Virus record (IMG/VR): IMGVR_UViG_3300025150_000002
Location: 1-64,000 of that record
Strand: one strand, 5' to 3'
Origin: a virus
Lineage: Duplodnaviria > Caudoviricetes
DNA length: 64,000 nt
Made by a program: the position numbers and the translations under genes. Shown one piece after another: positions 27,123-37,142 of this stretch (position 1 is the first letter of the stretch; every line of letters begins with the position of its first letter). The notes beneath the pieces were generated by a model. The model was not told the origin of the DNA and did no database searches. It saw only the letters and a list, made by a program, of their open reading frames with translations.

Positions 27123-28939
27123 TGCCCTACTTCGAGTCGTCTATAGGATTCGGACATAATCCGTTTGGACACCATCAGTATGGATTCGGCGACTGGGCCG
27201 AGGAGATGCTCTGGAAGAACCTCCCAGAGGTCTATCGAGACTGCGACGATGCAGGACCGGCCGGTAGTGAGGTCGATCAGCCTCTTCGCAAGTTTCAGAA
27301 CGCCCTCAAGCCGTCGTATCAAGACCTTCGAATCAAGTGGCACCTCTTTCCGTTTCTGTGGGATGCGATCAAGGTCCCGCTCGATCAGCTAGCGCAGCTT
27401 GGCTATAACGTCGGGATCAACGTCGATCCGACGAAGTCGGAAGGTCTTCAGCGCTCATCGGTGTTGAACGCGAGCCAGCTCTGGCTCAACAAGGGCACCG
27501 ACAAGGGCTATGAGCTCACGGCTGCCTTCGAGGGTTTGCTGGTCACTGTGACCCCACTGTGGGCCCAAACTTGTGGCCCGGCTCGACAGATCCTTGGCAC
27601 CCCCACTGGGGCCGTCACTTGTCGATTCGACCTTTCGACTACCCGGATCATCGAGAGACCTGTTAGTCCGGGAACTGTCCATATCAAGGTCACCACCCAG
27701 TACGAAATCGAGGAATCTATTCGCGACGACGGGGCCGGAAACCTGGTTGGATTCGGGAACCAGATGTTCGGGAAGCTTTCAAGACTCGACCTCATCAGCG
27801 TCAACACCATGCAGCTGACCGCGATCATCGGCGTGCTCTTTGTCGGGGACACGGTCACACAGGGTCCTGCAACCGGGATCGTCGTGGCGGTCAACGGTGC
27901 AGCGGTCACCATCAACACCACCGTCGGTGTATTCACTACTGGCGCCATCGTCGATACCACGTCCGGGGCCACTGCTACCGTCGCCGGCATTACCTCCGAC
28001 ACGCTCGCGTCAGGGGAGACCTTCGAGGGCCTCACTTCGGGAACCGAAGGTTCAATGCGCGCATTCAATACGACCTACGCCGTCGTGGACCGCATCACGA
28101 CGTTAGCTGGCTTTACTCCGGGTGAGACCCTCGTCGGGCTGACCTCTGGCAACTACGCGGTCGCCGGGACCACCACCGAACTCATTCAGGGGCCACTACA
28201 GGCACGCATCGATCTGACCGGTGTGGTCGGCACACTTACGATAAATGAAGAACTGACCGGAGTAACCAGCGGTTCGGTCGCCATCGTCCGCGATGTCGTA
28301 GGAGCCTCGCTCTACGTCGACACGATCACCCTCCCTGGTTTTACCATCGGCGAGACAGTCACCACGGTCGGAGGCTCTGGAACGGTCGCTGCGATCGACT
28401 TCGGCACAATCGACTACATTGCTGGTGATATGTCAGGCCGTACTACATGCCTCAAGGTTGGTGAACCAGTCCGCTATGTAGTAGACCTGATAGAGTCTGG
28501 TCCAACCCAGTTCATCGCCAACTACGACGAGGTGGTAGCAGACCTGATCCCTATGGACCTGATCCTAGAAGATCGCTACGAAAAGTGGCCGATCACAGCC
28601 ACCCCCATCCGCATAAGCGGCGGGTTCATGTCTCGTGGCGAGTGCAGGTCCCACTCGCTCCGTCTTTTCTTTGCCACCCCAGACAACACCGAGATCGAGG
28701 ACTTCGTCGATGTGAGTCGGCGCATCGCCACCTCACTTGATCGATTCCGACCCATTCACGTCGAGTTTGATAGTATCTCGTTTGATGGATCACACGCATC
28801 ATCACAGGTGTGGCGAACAGATAGAATCAACGCCGATTCGGCTGCGGCTACTGTGTGGTATGCGCCGGTCACCGGCGAACAGCGGGCGTCCACCCAGATC
28901 TGGACCACTGGTCCATTTTCCGCGACGGTCGCGAGGTAA
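27122..28939 (+). CDS. Baseplate wedge / P2 gpI-like tail protein with repeated inserts
   Basis: LPEVYR..D...L.QLGYNVG...LWLNKGT..GY N-terminus; several F..GET..G.TSG repeats; C-terminal FRPIHVEF. Confidence 0.65.
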   Translation: MPYFESSIGFGHNPFGHHQYGFGDWAEEMLWKNLPEVYRDCDDAGPAGSEVDQPLRKFQNALKPSYQDLRIKWHLFPFLWDAIKVPLDQLAQLGYNVGINVDPTKSEGLQRSSVLNASQLWLNKGTDKGYELTAAFEGLLVTVTPLWAQTCGPARQILGTPTGAVTCRFDLSTTRIIERPVSPGTVHIKVTTQYEIEESIRDDGAGNLVGFGNQMFGKLSRLDLISVNTMQLTAIIGVLFVGDTVTQGPATGIVVAVNGAAVTINTTVGVFTTGAIVDTTSGATATVAGITSDTLASGETFEGLTSGTEGSMRAFNTTYAVVDRITTLAGFTPGETLVGLTSGNYAVAGTTTELIQGPLQARIDLTGVVGTLTINEELTGVTSGSVAIVRDVVGASLYVDTITLPGFTIGETVTTVGGSGTVAAIDFGTIDYIAGDMSGRTTCLKVGEPVRYVVDLIESGPTQFIANYDEVVADLIPMDLILEDRYEKWPITATPIRISGGFMSRGECRSHSLRLFFATPDNTEIEDFVDVSRRIATSLDRFRPIHVEFDSISFDGSHASSQVWRTDRINADSAAATVWYAPVTGEQRASTQIWTTGPFSATVAR

Positions 28940-28946
28940 GTCCTAA

Positions 28947-30569
28947 ATGGCTAAGGTATTCGCACTCAATCGCTCAGCCGCTCAGCCGGTCACCATCAAC
29001 ACCATCACACCAGTGGTCGAAAACCTTGGTAGTGCGATCCCGGGCATGCAAACCACGTCTGTGCTTCCGGCACGATGTGTCAACCTTTACACCGTTTTCC
29101 AGGGTAACCCATATCTGCTTACCCTATCGGCGGCTGGCAACATCGAAATCCATAGATACGTCAGCGGCGCGTGGACTCTTGTTGGAGGTCCGTTCACTCC
29201 AGCTGTAGGTCACGTCTTGACACCTCTATGCATCCACGTCGTTAATGACACTGTCCTTACCCTTTGGACCGACGAAGGCGCATCTAACGACGGAATCGCA
29301 TCGTCCATCTCGCTGACCGGGACGTCGTGGTCATCGCCAACAACTGAGCTCGCACCTATTGGTGCGTCAAACGGCGGGCATTCGGTTCACTATAAGGGGG
29401 CGATCTGGTTCGCTACAGCCATCGGGGTTTGGTGCTACGCGCCGCTGGCCCGGTTCATGACGCTCTCGGGTGTTGTCGGCTCGTTTGTCCCCGACGAGAC
29501 ACTTGTCGGCGGGACAAGCTTGACCTCTGCAGTGGTGAGGAGTTTCAACAGCCCTGTGGTCCGCGTAGACACGGTGTCCGGATCTGGGTTTGTAACAGCC
29601 GAAACCGTAACGGGCACAACCAGTGGTGCAACAGGAACAATCACAACCATCACCCGGTTTGTAAACGCCCTTCCTGATACCGGCAATGATGCCGCGCTGG
29701 GTGGGGTCGCTGGAAGCGCGAACCTCCTCGGTTCGTTCACCAGTTGGGATGGCGCGCTCTACTTCGTTCAACCCAAAACAGCTGCTGGGCCGATCAGGCT
29801 CTATCAATTGAGCACTGCATGGGAAGCGGCGCTTAACGTACCCGCACCACAATGGACGAACCGGTCTTTCTCTGGACTCGTTGAGGCTGGGTTCGCCACC
29901 GTGAGCGCTGACGCCGGAATGTGGTCACTGTTCGTTAACCGTCTAGACGAGCTGTGTTTGTTCTACTCAGGTTCTGGAAGCACAAAGCTCGCGAAGACGA
30001 CGAGCAAGACGGCACCATTGGTGTTCACCGATCTCACGAACACGTTCCTTCCGTCGACCATCTCGACCAAAACAAACCTAGGAGTGACGCTCTACACGGA
30101 TGACCGACGACGTACGAACCTGCTCCAATCATTCCTGATCCGCGACCTGTCTGGGGCGTCGACAATTCTGACCAACTGGGACGGAGCCTCAGCTCTCACG
30201 GTGGTGGGATCGATCGCAGGAGCGGGCTTCATCCTCCCGGCATCGCGGTTCGGTCAGGAGTCCACGTTCACAAACCTGCAGCCTACGATCCATATCACAG
30301 ACGTGTCAGAGCCGTTTCCGGGACGCATTCGCATCGACTACGTCGTCAGGGCCGATCCGGCTCGGACGGTAGATATCCTTCCGGAATACTCAATCGATGG
30401 TGATGAATACTTCCCGATGACGACTGGGGCAGATGACAGCGGCACGACCGGTCTACCGGCGTCTCCGGGCGGAGATGCCTACTTTTTCAACTGGGACACG
30501 TTCGCGGACCTTGACGGGGACTTCAACAATCTCCCACTTCGCATCGTCGACCGGATTAGCGGAGTCTAA
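28947..30569 (+). CDS. Tail structural protein
   Basis: 540 aa, S/T/G-rich, shares the F..ET..G.TSGA module; operon context. Confidence 0.55.
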   Translation: MAKVFALNRSAAQPVTINTITPVVENLGSAIPGMQTTSVLPARCVNLYTVFQGNPYLLTLSAAGNIEIHRYVSGAWTLVGGPFTPAVGHVLTPLCIHVVNDTVLTLWTDEGASNDGIASSISLTGTSWSSPTTELAPIGASNGGHSVHYKGAIWFATAIGVWCYAPLARFMTLSGVVGSFVPDETLVGGTSLTSAVVRSFNSPVVRVDTVSGSGFVTAETVTGTTSGATGTITTITRFVNALPDTGNDAALGGVAGSANLLGSFTSWDGALYFVQPKTAAGPIRLYQLSTAWEAALNVPAPQWTNRSFSGLVEAGFATVSADAGMWSLFVNRLDELCLFYSGSGSTKLAKTTSKTAPLVFTDLTNTFLPSTISTKTNLGVTLYTDDRRRTNLLQSFLIRDLSGASTILTNWDGASALTVVGSIAGAGFILPASRFGQESTFTNLQPTIHITDVSEPFPGRIRIDYVVRADPARTVDILPEYSIDGDEYFPMTTGADDSGTTGLPASPGGDAYFFNWDTFADLDGDFNNLPLRIVDRISGV

Positions 30570-30571
30570 CC

Positions 30572-32947
30572 ATGGTTGCGGGTCCTGTACAGTCCTTCTC
30601 CCGAGACAACATCAAGGCGCGCTGGACCGAGCGATATACCTCGGACGCGGTCAACAAGAAGTTCGTAGGGATTCCTCGTGGCTGTTATCTCGGCTTCGTG
30701 CCATCTCCGACCGGCCTCATCCTCTCGCTGAAGCCAGACAAGTCGATCGCCTACTCAGCCCCTTCGGGCGTCTTCGTCGAGGGTGAGACTCTCACCGGTG
30801 GTACCAGCGGTGCCACCGCCGTCGTACGCGTCGTCAGCCTGAACTACATCCTGATCGACACGATCGTTGGCGGCCCGTTCGCAGTCGGAGAGACCATCTC
30901 CACTGGCTCTGGGTCTGCATCAGTAGAGCACTTTGGCGAAGAAGGTGTCTCCCTGGCCCGTGTCGTGTCGAGCTCTTCCTTGGCTGCAGGGCGCAGCGAA
31001 CACATGATCGATGTGATCACGTCGGACACTGTGGATCTAAACTTCACCGGGTTTGCCGACGGTGTCTACTACGTGATCCTGACAGCCTCTTACGAAGTTG
31101 GTCAGACCACTATCGGTAACATCGTCACTCGGACTACACCTCCGCCCACCGGACCGCAGGAAGTGCTGATCTGCGTCGCGACTAAGGTCGGTGTTGGTTT
31201 GACGGTGTCAGCTACAACCCCGCTCACGCGCCACGATCCTCATGCGTTCGTGGGAACTCGGATCGGTTTCATGCCAGGCGGTTCAATTGAATCGCTCCAG
31301 CAGGCCATCATAGCCACCGACGAGATCGTGGCGGCTCGCCAGTTCTCCGACGGCACGACCGCTCCTGCGTTCAATCCCGTCAGTCCTCAGACAACGGGCG
31401 TTCCTTTCAGGCTGAACACAGACCTCGGCAACGTCGCAATGGGCGGGCGCCTCGGTAAGGTCGCCTCGGCGATCGGGGGCAACCAGTTCACCCTTGCCGG
31501 TCCGGCGTCCCAGGCGAACGTCTCTGGCTCTTTCTCGACCAGAAACCGTGACGTTGAACCGTTTCGGGACCTGTCCCCGGCCACCGGAATCGGCCTACCG
31601 ACCGGTATCGTACCAGCGATCAAGGCTGGTGGTTCTGAAGCCGTCCAGCTAACTCTCTCTGGCATCGTCGGCTCCTTCGCCGTGGGACTTCCGGTCATTG
31701 GAAGCAGCAGCGGGGCTACAGCTATCATCAAGACGGTTGATGGTACCGGCACCGTTCTGACTGTCGGAGACTTCGTAGGCACGCCGTTTATCGGGGAGGT
31801 TATCACCCAGACGGCACCGCCGGCGACCGGGACCATCGCTCCGGGCGGCATCGATCTGCTCGAAGGAGCGATCACAGGTCTCACAGGAACCACGACCGGG
31901 TCCAATGTCTGTGTGGTCATCGACACGGCCACTGGACGAAAGGCGATCGACTCCAGCGGCAACCCGATATTCGGTCGCCTGGTCTTCGACCCCACTGGCG
32001 GTTTGAGCAACTCCGGCGACTACGACTTGAGCACGTCTGGTGGACTCTTGAACTTCACCGCGAGCACTACGACGGTTGTCGTCTCGTCGGCGCCCGGAAC
32101 TGTCACGACACCTGACATGATCGCCGTCGGCGACTTGATCGAGGGCGATGACGGACGCTTCTACGAGGTGGCCTCGATCGCGGGTAGCCCGAACGTCACG
32201 TCATTTAACGTCCCTGTGTCTAAGCCATACGTAGGACCGACCCAGGTAAACGTTGCGAGCCGTCGACGACGCCGGTTTCTGCTGGAGTTCAAGATCGTAT
32301 CGTCAGGCGTTGAATCAGCTGCCACGCTTGCCGCAGGGACCTACAAGTTCTTCTTCCCGGCGTGGTTTACGCTGGAGAAATCGAACCTCGACGCTACGCT
32401 GCAGATGCTCGCGCCGGGCGATACATCAGTCCCTCAGGCATCATCGTCGCTTGCAGGTGTCGCCCTGGCCGCGCCAGGACACGTCTCCTCTCCCGCAGCT
32501 CTGATCGGGGCGATCCAGACCGCCACCTCCGGCGGCGGCGGCCCGATCGGTAACGGTAACTTCCACACGATCAACTTCTCTGCTGGCGCCTCTCAGAGCG
32601 CTCCAGGCGTCTTGGATGTAGCGCTATCTGCGGGGGCATCCGGACCAGCGGGTCCGACAGGTCCGACAGGTCCGACAGGGCCCATCGGTCCAGGCTTCTC
32701 AAGCATCGAGCCCTTCCAAAGCAAGGTTCTGGCGACCGCTGGTCTCCCTGCGAGTGGTACGATTGGTTACACTTTCAGCGGCGCGGTTCGTGGGTTCAAC
32801 ACCCAGACGTCCCTGCTTAATACCGGTGCCTTTGGTCCCGGTCAGTACGAGATCTCCAACATCACAGTCTCGACGAATACGGTGAACGTGAGTTGGAGCG
32901 GTGTGGCGAACTTCAGCCTCTCAATCGGAGTGACGGCATTCATCTAA
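30572..32947 (+). CDS. Tail fibre-like protein with a short collagen-like segment
   Basis: 791 aa, beta-rich, GASGPAGPTGPTGPTGPIGPG near the C-terminus (GGTCCGACA x3 at 32651-32677). Confidence 0.6.
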   Translation: MVAGPVQSFSRDNIKARWTERYTSDAVNKKFVGIPRGCYLGFVPSPTGLILSLKPDKSIAYSAPSGVFVEGETLTGGTSGATAVVRVVSLNYILIDTIVGGPFAVGETISTGSGSASVEHFGEEGVSLARVVSSSSLAAGRSEHMIDVITSDTVDLNFTGFADGVYYVILTASYEVGQTTIGNIVTRTTPPPTGPQEVLICVATKVGVGLTVSATTPLTRHDPHAFVGTRIGFMPGGSIESLQQAIIATDEIVAARQFSDGTTAPAFNPVSPQTTGVPFRLNTDLGNVAMGGRLGKVASAIGGNQFTLAGPASQANVSGSFSTRNRDVEPFRDLSPATGIGLPTGIVPAIKAGGSEAVQLTLSGIVGSFAVGLPVIGSSSGATAIIKTVDGTGTVLTVGDFVGTPFIGEVITQTAPPATGTIAPGGIDLLEGAITGLTGTTTGSNVCVVIDTATGRKAIDSSGNPIFGRLVFDPTGGLSNSGDYDLSTSGGLLNFTASTTTVVVSSAPGTVTTPDMIAVGDLIEGDDGRFYEVASIAGSPNVTSFNVPVSKPYVGPTQVNVASRRRRRFLLEFKIVSSGVESAATLAAGTYKFFFPAWFTLEKSNLDATLQMLAPGDTSVPQASSSLAGVALAAPGHVSSPAALIGAIQTATSGGGGPIGNGNFHTINFSAGASQSAPGVLDVALSAGASGPAGPTGPTGPTGPIGPGFSSIEPFQSKVLATAGLPASGTIGYTFSGAVRGFNTQTSLLNTGAFGPGQYEISNITVSTNTVNVSWSGVANFSLSIGVTAFI

Positions 32948-33528
32948 TGAGACACATCATCTGGCTAAAGGCCGACGGGTCTATTGGTGGGTTTCACATC
33001 ATCACCGGAGGATGGGCCCCAGACTTCGACCCGAATGATCTAACCGAGTCCAACACACAGGCCAAGTTCGTTCGGGATCACCACGCAGCTAACCCGAGCA
33101 ACGGGTTCCACTCGTTCTTCGAGTACGAGTGCCCGTGCAGTCCATCTGCAGGATTCTGCGACTGCCCTAACAACACGTGCGCAAACTGCCATGTCGACGG
33201 GGGCCTGCTCAAGATCAAGCCCACGCTATCGTTGCTGCTCACCAACCAGGTGGTAGGAGCTACCTCCGAGATAGCACCTCTCGTGCTGGCTGCAGGAGCC
33301 GAAGTCCCAATCAAGTTCACTGGCTCCCTCCCAGACACTACAGTGGTGTCTGTCGACCGAGTCGGCGGACCTGATAGCTTCGAGACGCTGCCGACGACGT
33401 TCACTTTTGGTGGTAACGAGACCCCAGAGCAGACCTTTTTGGTCCCGGCCAAGGGCCAGATCAGTGTGTTCAGGATAGATGCGGGCAAATACGTGCGGCC
33501 TAGGATCGTAGTCGTGAAGGGCTGGTAG
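32947..33528 (+). CDS. Cys-rich hypothetical protein, possible fibre assembly factor
   Basis: TAATG overlap with the fibre gene (ATG 32947); CPCSPSAGFCDCPNNTCANCH. Confidence 0.5.
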   Translation: MRHIIWLKADGSIGGFHIITGGWAPDFDPNDLTESNTQAKFVRDHHAANPSNGFHSFFEYECPCSPSAGFCDCPNNTCANCHVDGGLLKIKPTLSLLLTNQVVGATSEIAPLVLAAGAEVPIKFTGSLPDTTVVSVDRVGGPDSFETLPTTFTFGGNETPEQTFLVPAKGQISVFRIDAGKYVRPRIVVVKGW

Positions 33529-33532
33529 CCTG

Positions 33533-34303
33533 TTGTTCTACAGATGTCTCTACGAGCGTCGGTACACATCGGTCGACCTAACAAACGCTTACTCCGGCAC
33601 GCCTGTCTTCATTATCGGAGGAAACCCGAGCCTGAAGACCCTGCCATTGGACCGGCTGGAGTCTTCCAGGCTTCCTACACTAGCGCTCAACAATGCGCTA
33701 TACGTTTACCCAAACCCGACGATGTGGCTCACTGCGGACCGCCCACTCTGCTACGGAGGGCACTTCTTCGCACGCCCGGATATCACCAAGTTCGCCTACA
33801 TGAACTACCGGGACGAGGTGGTCCAGGCGACGGGTAGAGCGCTCAAAGACCACCCAATGATGTTGTTCTACACGGCGTCGGAAGGAGAGATCACCTCTGG
33901 GTTCTTCGAGGACAAACCGGCCTTCACCTGGTGTAAATCGGTCTTCCCGTTGGCATTGCAACTTGCGTGGAGGGCCGGCGCTCGACGCGTCTACTTGGTG
34001 GGTTGCTCGTTTCTGACCAATGGTCAGGTTCCGTACGCATGGGGTGCTCGTCTTACACCCCCACAAGTCACATGGAGCCAGTTGACCTACGATGACGACA
34101 TCAATCGTCTAAGACGGTTGCGGCCCATCTTCGATGCCCATGGATTCGAGATAGTCAGCTGTACGCCGAACAGCAGGGCGAACGAGATCTTTCCGCTGGT
34201 TGACCTAGCATCTGCAATCGCCGTCGAGTTGGCTAGGCTTCCTCAGCCAACGCCGGTTAGCGAGTTGATACACAGCTCAGAGACTAGACTTCCAGGACTT
34301 TGA
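33533..34303 (+). CDS. Maf/DUF115-like glycosyltransferase-fold protein
   Basis: VFIIGGNPSL...LALNNA and RVYLVGCSF match the Maf / sialyltransferase-like Rossmann pattern. Confidence 0.55.
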   Translation: MFYRCLYERRYTSVDLTNAYSGTPVFIIGGNPSLKTLPLDRLESSRLPTLALNNALYVYPNPTMWLTADRPLCYGGHFFARPDITKFAYMNYRDEVVQATGRALKDHPMMLFYTASEGEITSGFFEDKPAFTWCKSVFPLALQLAWRAGARRVYLVGCSFLTNGQVPYAWGARLTPPQVTWSQLTYDDDINRLRRLRPIFDAHGFEIVSCTPNSRANEIFPLVDLASAIAVELARLPQPTPVSELIHSSETRLPGL

Positions 34304-36743
34304 AGCGACCGGTGCGGAAGCGGCTGAGGCGAACCAGATCCTCTCCCTCAGGGAAGAGACTCATCTGACCGCCCTTGGACTCGCCGCCGCCACCGCCGCT
34401 GTAGGCCGGACCTCGCGGGCCGCCGGACTTCTTCTTCTTCGGATCGTAGATGTCCTTGTGGTCACCACGGTTCACCGATGTCATGCCCTCGGGAGTAGGC
34501 TGGTCGGCGGGAATGGAGCCCACATGGCTAGGAGACTTGCCTCCCTTACCTCCGCCTCCGCCTCCGCCCTTACCTCCGCCACCAGCCGGGTTGGCCGCAG
34601 GAGCAGCTCCTGGCTTCGCGGCGCCCAGCCTCGGAACTGCAGGTGACGGCGCCGCAGGCGCCGCCTTCCCTGCCCCGGCGAAGGCCGGCTTGGCTGCGTC
34701 TGGACCGCCCGTCAGCTTGGGCGGCGCGGCAGGCCTTTCAGCAGCAGCAGGAGCTGCCTGCCTAGGCTCTCCGCCCTTCACAGCCTGCGCGTAAGGACTC
34801 GGCTTCGGCTCAGGCTTCGGCTCAGGCCTCTGAGCTGCGGCCTTGGCGAAGATGCTAGGCTTTTCCGGAGCGGCCGGAGCAGCCGGAGCAGGCTTGGACG
34901 CTGGCGCCGGTGCCGGCGGCTTTGCCCCGGGGCGTGCGAACGACGGCAGCTTGGACTTCTTTGCGGCCTGCGCGGCTGCAGCATCAGCGTCCGCCTGCGC
35001 GGCAGCCGCGTCGCCGGGGGCGGCGGCTTGGGCCTTCTCAGCCTGTGCCTTCTCAGCTTTCTTAGCCTGCAGCTTAGCTTCGCGGGCTGCTTTCGCAGCC
35101 TCTGGGTCTGGGATGTCCTTCTTCAGCGCAAACCGCTCGGCTTGCTTCTGCTTGATTGCAGCTTGGTCCGCAGGATCCTTAGGAAGATGCTCAGCTGGAA
35201 CATCTAGCTCGGCGCCCTTTTGAGCGTGCCGCGCTTTGGCCGCCTTGATGTCGGCCAACTCCTTCTCGCGGCGCTCCTGCGCAGGACTCTTGCCGCTGGG
35301 TCCGGGAGCTAGTTCATCTGGCGCGGCACCGGCCATTTGTTGACGACCCTGCTTTTCCAGGGCTGCTCTCTGCTGCTGTTGCTCAGGCGTTTTACCGGCC
35401 TGGTGTTGCTTCTCCCACTTCTTGTGGACCTCTTCGTCTCCAATGGTTTTTTCGGCGCGCGAAACCGCCGCGTCGCCGGCCCGCTGGTCAGCCTTCTCCT
35501 GCCGACGCCTTTGGGACCTTGGTGACCCAGCGACATCTTGATGGAACTGATCGAGCTTACGATCCTTGAGGATCTGTCTTCCACCTGTAGCCTTCGCTAC
35601 GGCCAACTGAATCCTCTGCTTTGCCTTCTCGGCCAGCTTCGGATCGTCTCCTGTGTCTGGCCCATGCTCATCTTCGAAGTCGGACAGAGCCTGATGAGCT
35701 GCGTCCTGAGCAGCTCGGGCGTCAGCCTTCTGTTGAGGACTCTGCCCGCGCAGATGTGCGATACCCCTTCGAGCGGCCCCCGCCACCCGTCCTAGCAGAC
35801 TTCCCTTTGGTTGCGCGCCAGGAGCAGCGCCAGGAGCAGCGCCAGGAGCAGCGCCAGGAGCAGCGCCAGGAGCCGCGTCTGGCTCGCCTGCGGCTAGTGC
35901 TGGAGCGTCAGCAGCCGGAGCAGCAGGAGCAGCAGGAGCAGCAGCCGCCTGGTCTCGTTGATGTGTTTGCTGAATGCGCTGAGTTAGTTCATCTGGGGTC
36001 AGCCCGGCCCTGCCTGCAGCACCTTGCTGGGCCTTGGCCTGAGTCGTGGCCTTGTAGGCGGCCTTGAGAGCCTGGTGGCCCTTCAAGCCGGCCGCCTCGC
36101 CCGCCTTTCGGAGTCCCCTAACATGGCCCAGCGCCTTGCCGAGACCGGCGACCGCTAGTCCGCCAGCCGCGCCAGCAAGACCGCCAAACGCGCCGCCGGC
36201 GGCCATTGCAGCTGACTTCTTCGGATTCTTTCGAACCCACTGGCCGGCCTTGTGAGCAACCGAGCCCTCATCTCCTTGGGCCCCAGCGACACCCTTCACG
36301 AACTGGCCAGCACCCCTAAGCGCTCCGCCCACAACCCCACCGACCGCCTTACGGGCACCCTGTCCAATCTTGTGGGATATGGATCCCTCGTCTCCGCGAG
36401 CGCCAACGACGCCCTTCGCGAACTGACCGAGCGTCGAGCTCTTAGGCTGGGGCGGTGCCGCTTGAGGCGCTTGACCCTGCCCCCTAGTCAATCGGAACGA
36501 GCGATGAGCAGGCGCGGCCGCCTGACGCGGTTGAGTGGGCGGTCCGCGACGCTCAACGAGCATCAGCGGTGTACGCCGCATGTTGATCTGACTCTCACCG
36601 ACCATGGTCCGATAGACCACCAAATCGCGAGGATCGATCAGGTCTTCGGTCAGGCGCGGAGACCGGTCCTCTCCGAGGCAGTAACCACGGAGTTTCACGA
36701 ACTTGTGCTTAGACACAAGGAGTAGTGCGGAGCGATCAGCCAC
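34284..36743 (-). CDS. Low-complexity Ala/Pro/Gly/Lys-rich protein (819 aa)
   Basis: Long open frame with consistent codon bias; duplicated GQF.KGV.GA.GDEGS..HK.GQ segment; APGA repeats. Confidence 0.7.
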   Translation of the reverse strand: MADRSALLLVSKHKFVKLRGYCLGEDRSPRLTEDLIDPRDLVVYRTMVGESQINMRRTPLMLVERRGPPTQPRQAAAPAHRSFRLTRGQGQAPQAAPPQPKSSTLGQFAKGVVGARGDEGSISHKIGQGARKAVGGVVGGALRGAGQFVKGVAGAQGDEGSVAHKAGQWVRKNPKKSAAMAAGGAFGGLAGAAGGLAVAGLGKALGHVRGLRKAGEAAGLKGHQALKAAYKATTQAKAQQGAAGRAGLTPDELTQRIQQTHQRDQAAAAPAAPAAPAADAPALAAGEPDAAPGAAPGAAPGAAPGAAPGAQPKGSLLGRVAGAARRGIAHLRGQSPQQKADARAAQDAAHQALSDFEDEHGPDTGDDPKLAEKAKQRIQLAVAKATGGRQILKDRKLDQFHQDVAGSPRSQRRRQEKADQRAGDAAVSRAEKTIGDEEVHKKWEKQHQAGKTPEQQQQRAALEKQGRQQMAGAAPDELAPGPSGKSPAQERREKELADIKAAKARHAQKGAELDVPAEHLPKDPADQAAIKQKQAERFALKKDIPDPEAAKAAREAKLQAKKAEKAQAEKAQAAAPGDAAAAQADADAAAAQAAKKSKLPSFARPGAKPPAPAPASKPAPAAPAAPEKPSIFAKAAAQRPEPKPEPKPSPYAQAVKGGEPRQAAPAAAERPAAPPKLTGGPDAAKPAFAGAGKAAPAAPSPAVPRLGAAKPGAAPAANPAGGGGKGGGGGGGKGGKSPSHVGSIPADQPTPEGMTSVNRGDHKDIYDPKKKKSGGPRGPAYSGGGGGESKGGQMSLFPEGEDLVRLSRFRTGRFKVLEV
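35815..35874. repeat. 12-bp tandem repeat x5 (GCGCCAGGAGCA), encoding (APGA)n
   Basis: Read directly; the last copy has one mismatch. Confidence 0.9.
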
Positions 36744-36753
36744 GTAGCCGTCC

Positions 36754-37098
36754 TTAGACGATCAGAGCTCTGAGGTAGTGACGGAACTCCATTGGGCCGG
36801 CCAGGGATGCCTCGATGCGGCCCGATGTGAGTCGCACACGGACGTAGCGGTGTGTCAGTGGTACACCGGCCGTGACGAGGTCGACCATCCGACGGTGGTT
36901 CTTGAAGGTCAGGTTGACCGTCGTCACGTTTGCCATGAGGTCAGGGTCGTTGGTCGCCCCACTCTCGATGACGACGACGGCGGCGTCAGTGACCGATGAG
37001 ACCCACAGCACGGCGTCTACGGGCTGCTCGCGGAACTCGACCCACAGCTCGTCCTTGGGGAACGCGACGAGTGGGATATCGTCCTTCTTGATGTGCAT
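36754..37098 (-). CDS. Hypothetical protein
   Basis: ATG with GGGAG RBS; compact beta-rich ORF in the minus-strand operon. Confidence 0.6.
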   Translation of the reverse strand: MHIKKDDIPLVAFPKDELWVEFREQPVDAVLWVSSVTDAAVVVIESGATNDPDLMANVTTVNLTFKNHRRMVDLVTAGVPLTHRYVRVRLTSGRIEASLAGPMEFRHYLRALIV

Positions 37099-37142
37099 CT
37101 ATGTCTCCCGTGTGTTCTTGCTACGAGTGCGCGGATCTGGCG

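Noticed and set aside
14545-33528. Stand-alone contractile injection system or tailocin
   Set aside because: Capsid, prohead protease, terminase and replication genes in the same window indicate a complete phage.
32651-35874. Short tandem repeats (9-bp x3 and 12-bp x5) as CRISPR-like arrays
   Set aside because: They have no spacers, keep the reading frame, and encode GPT and APGA repeats.
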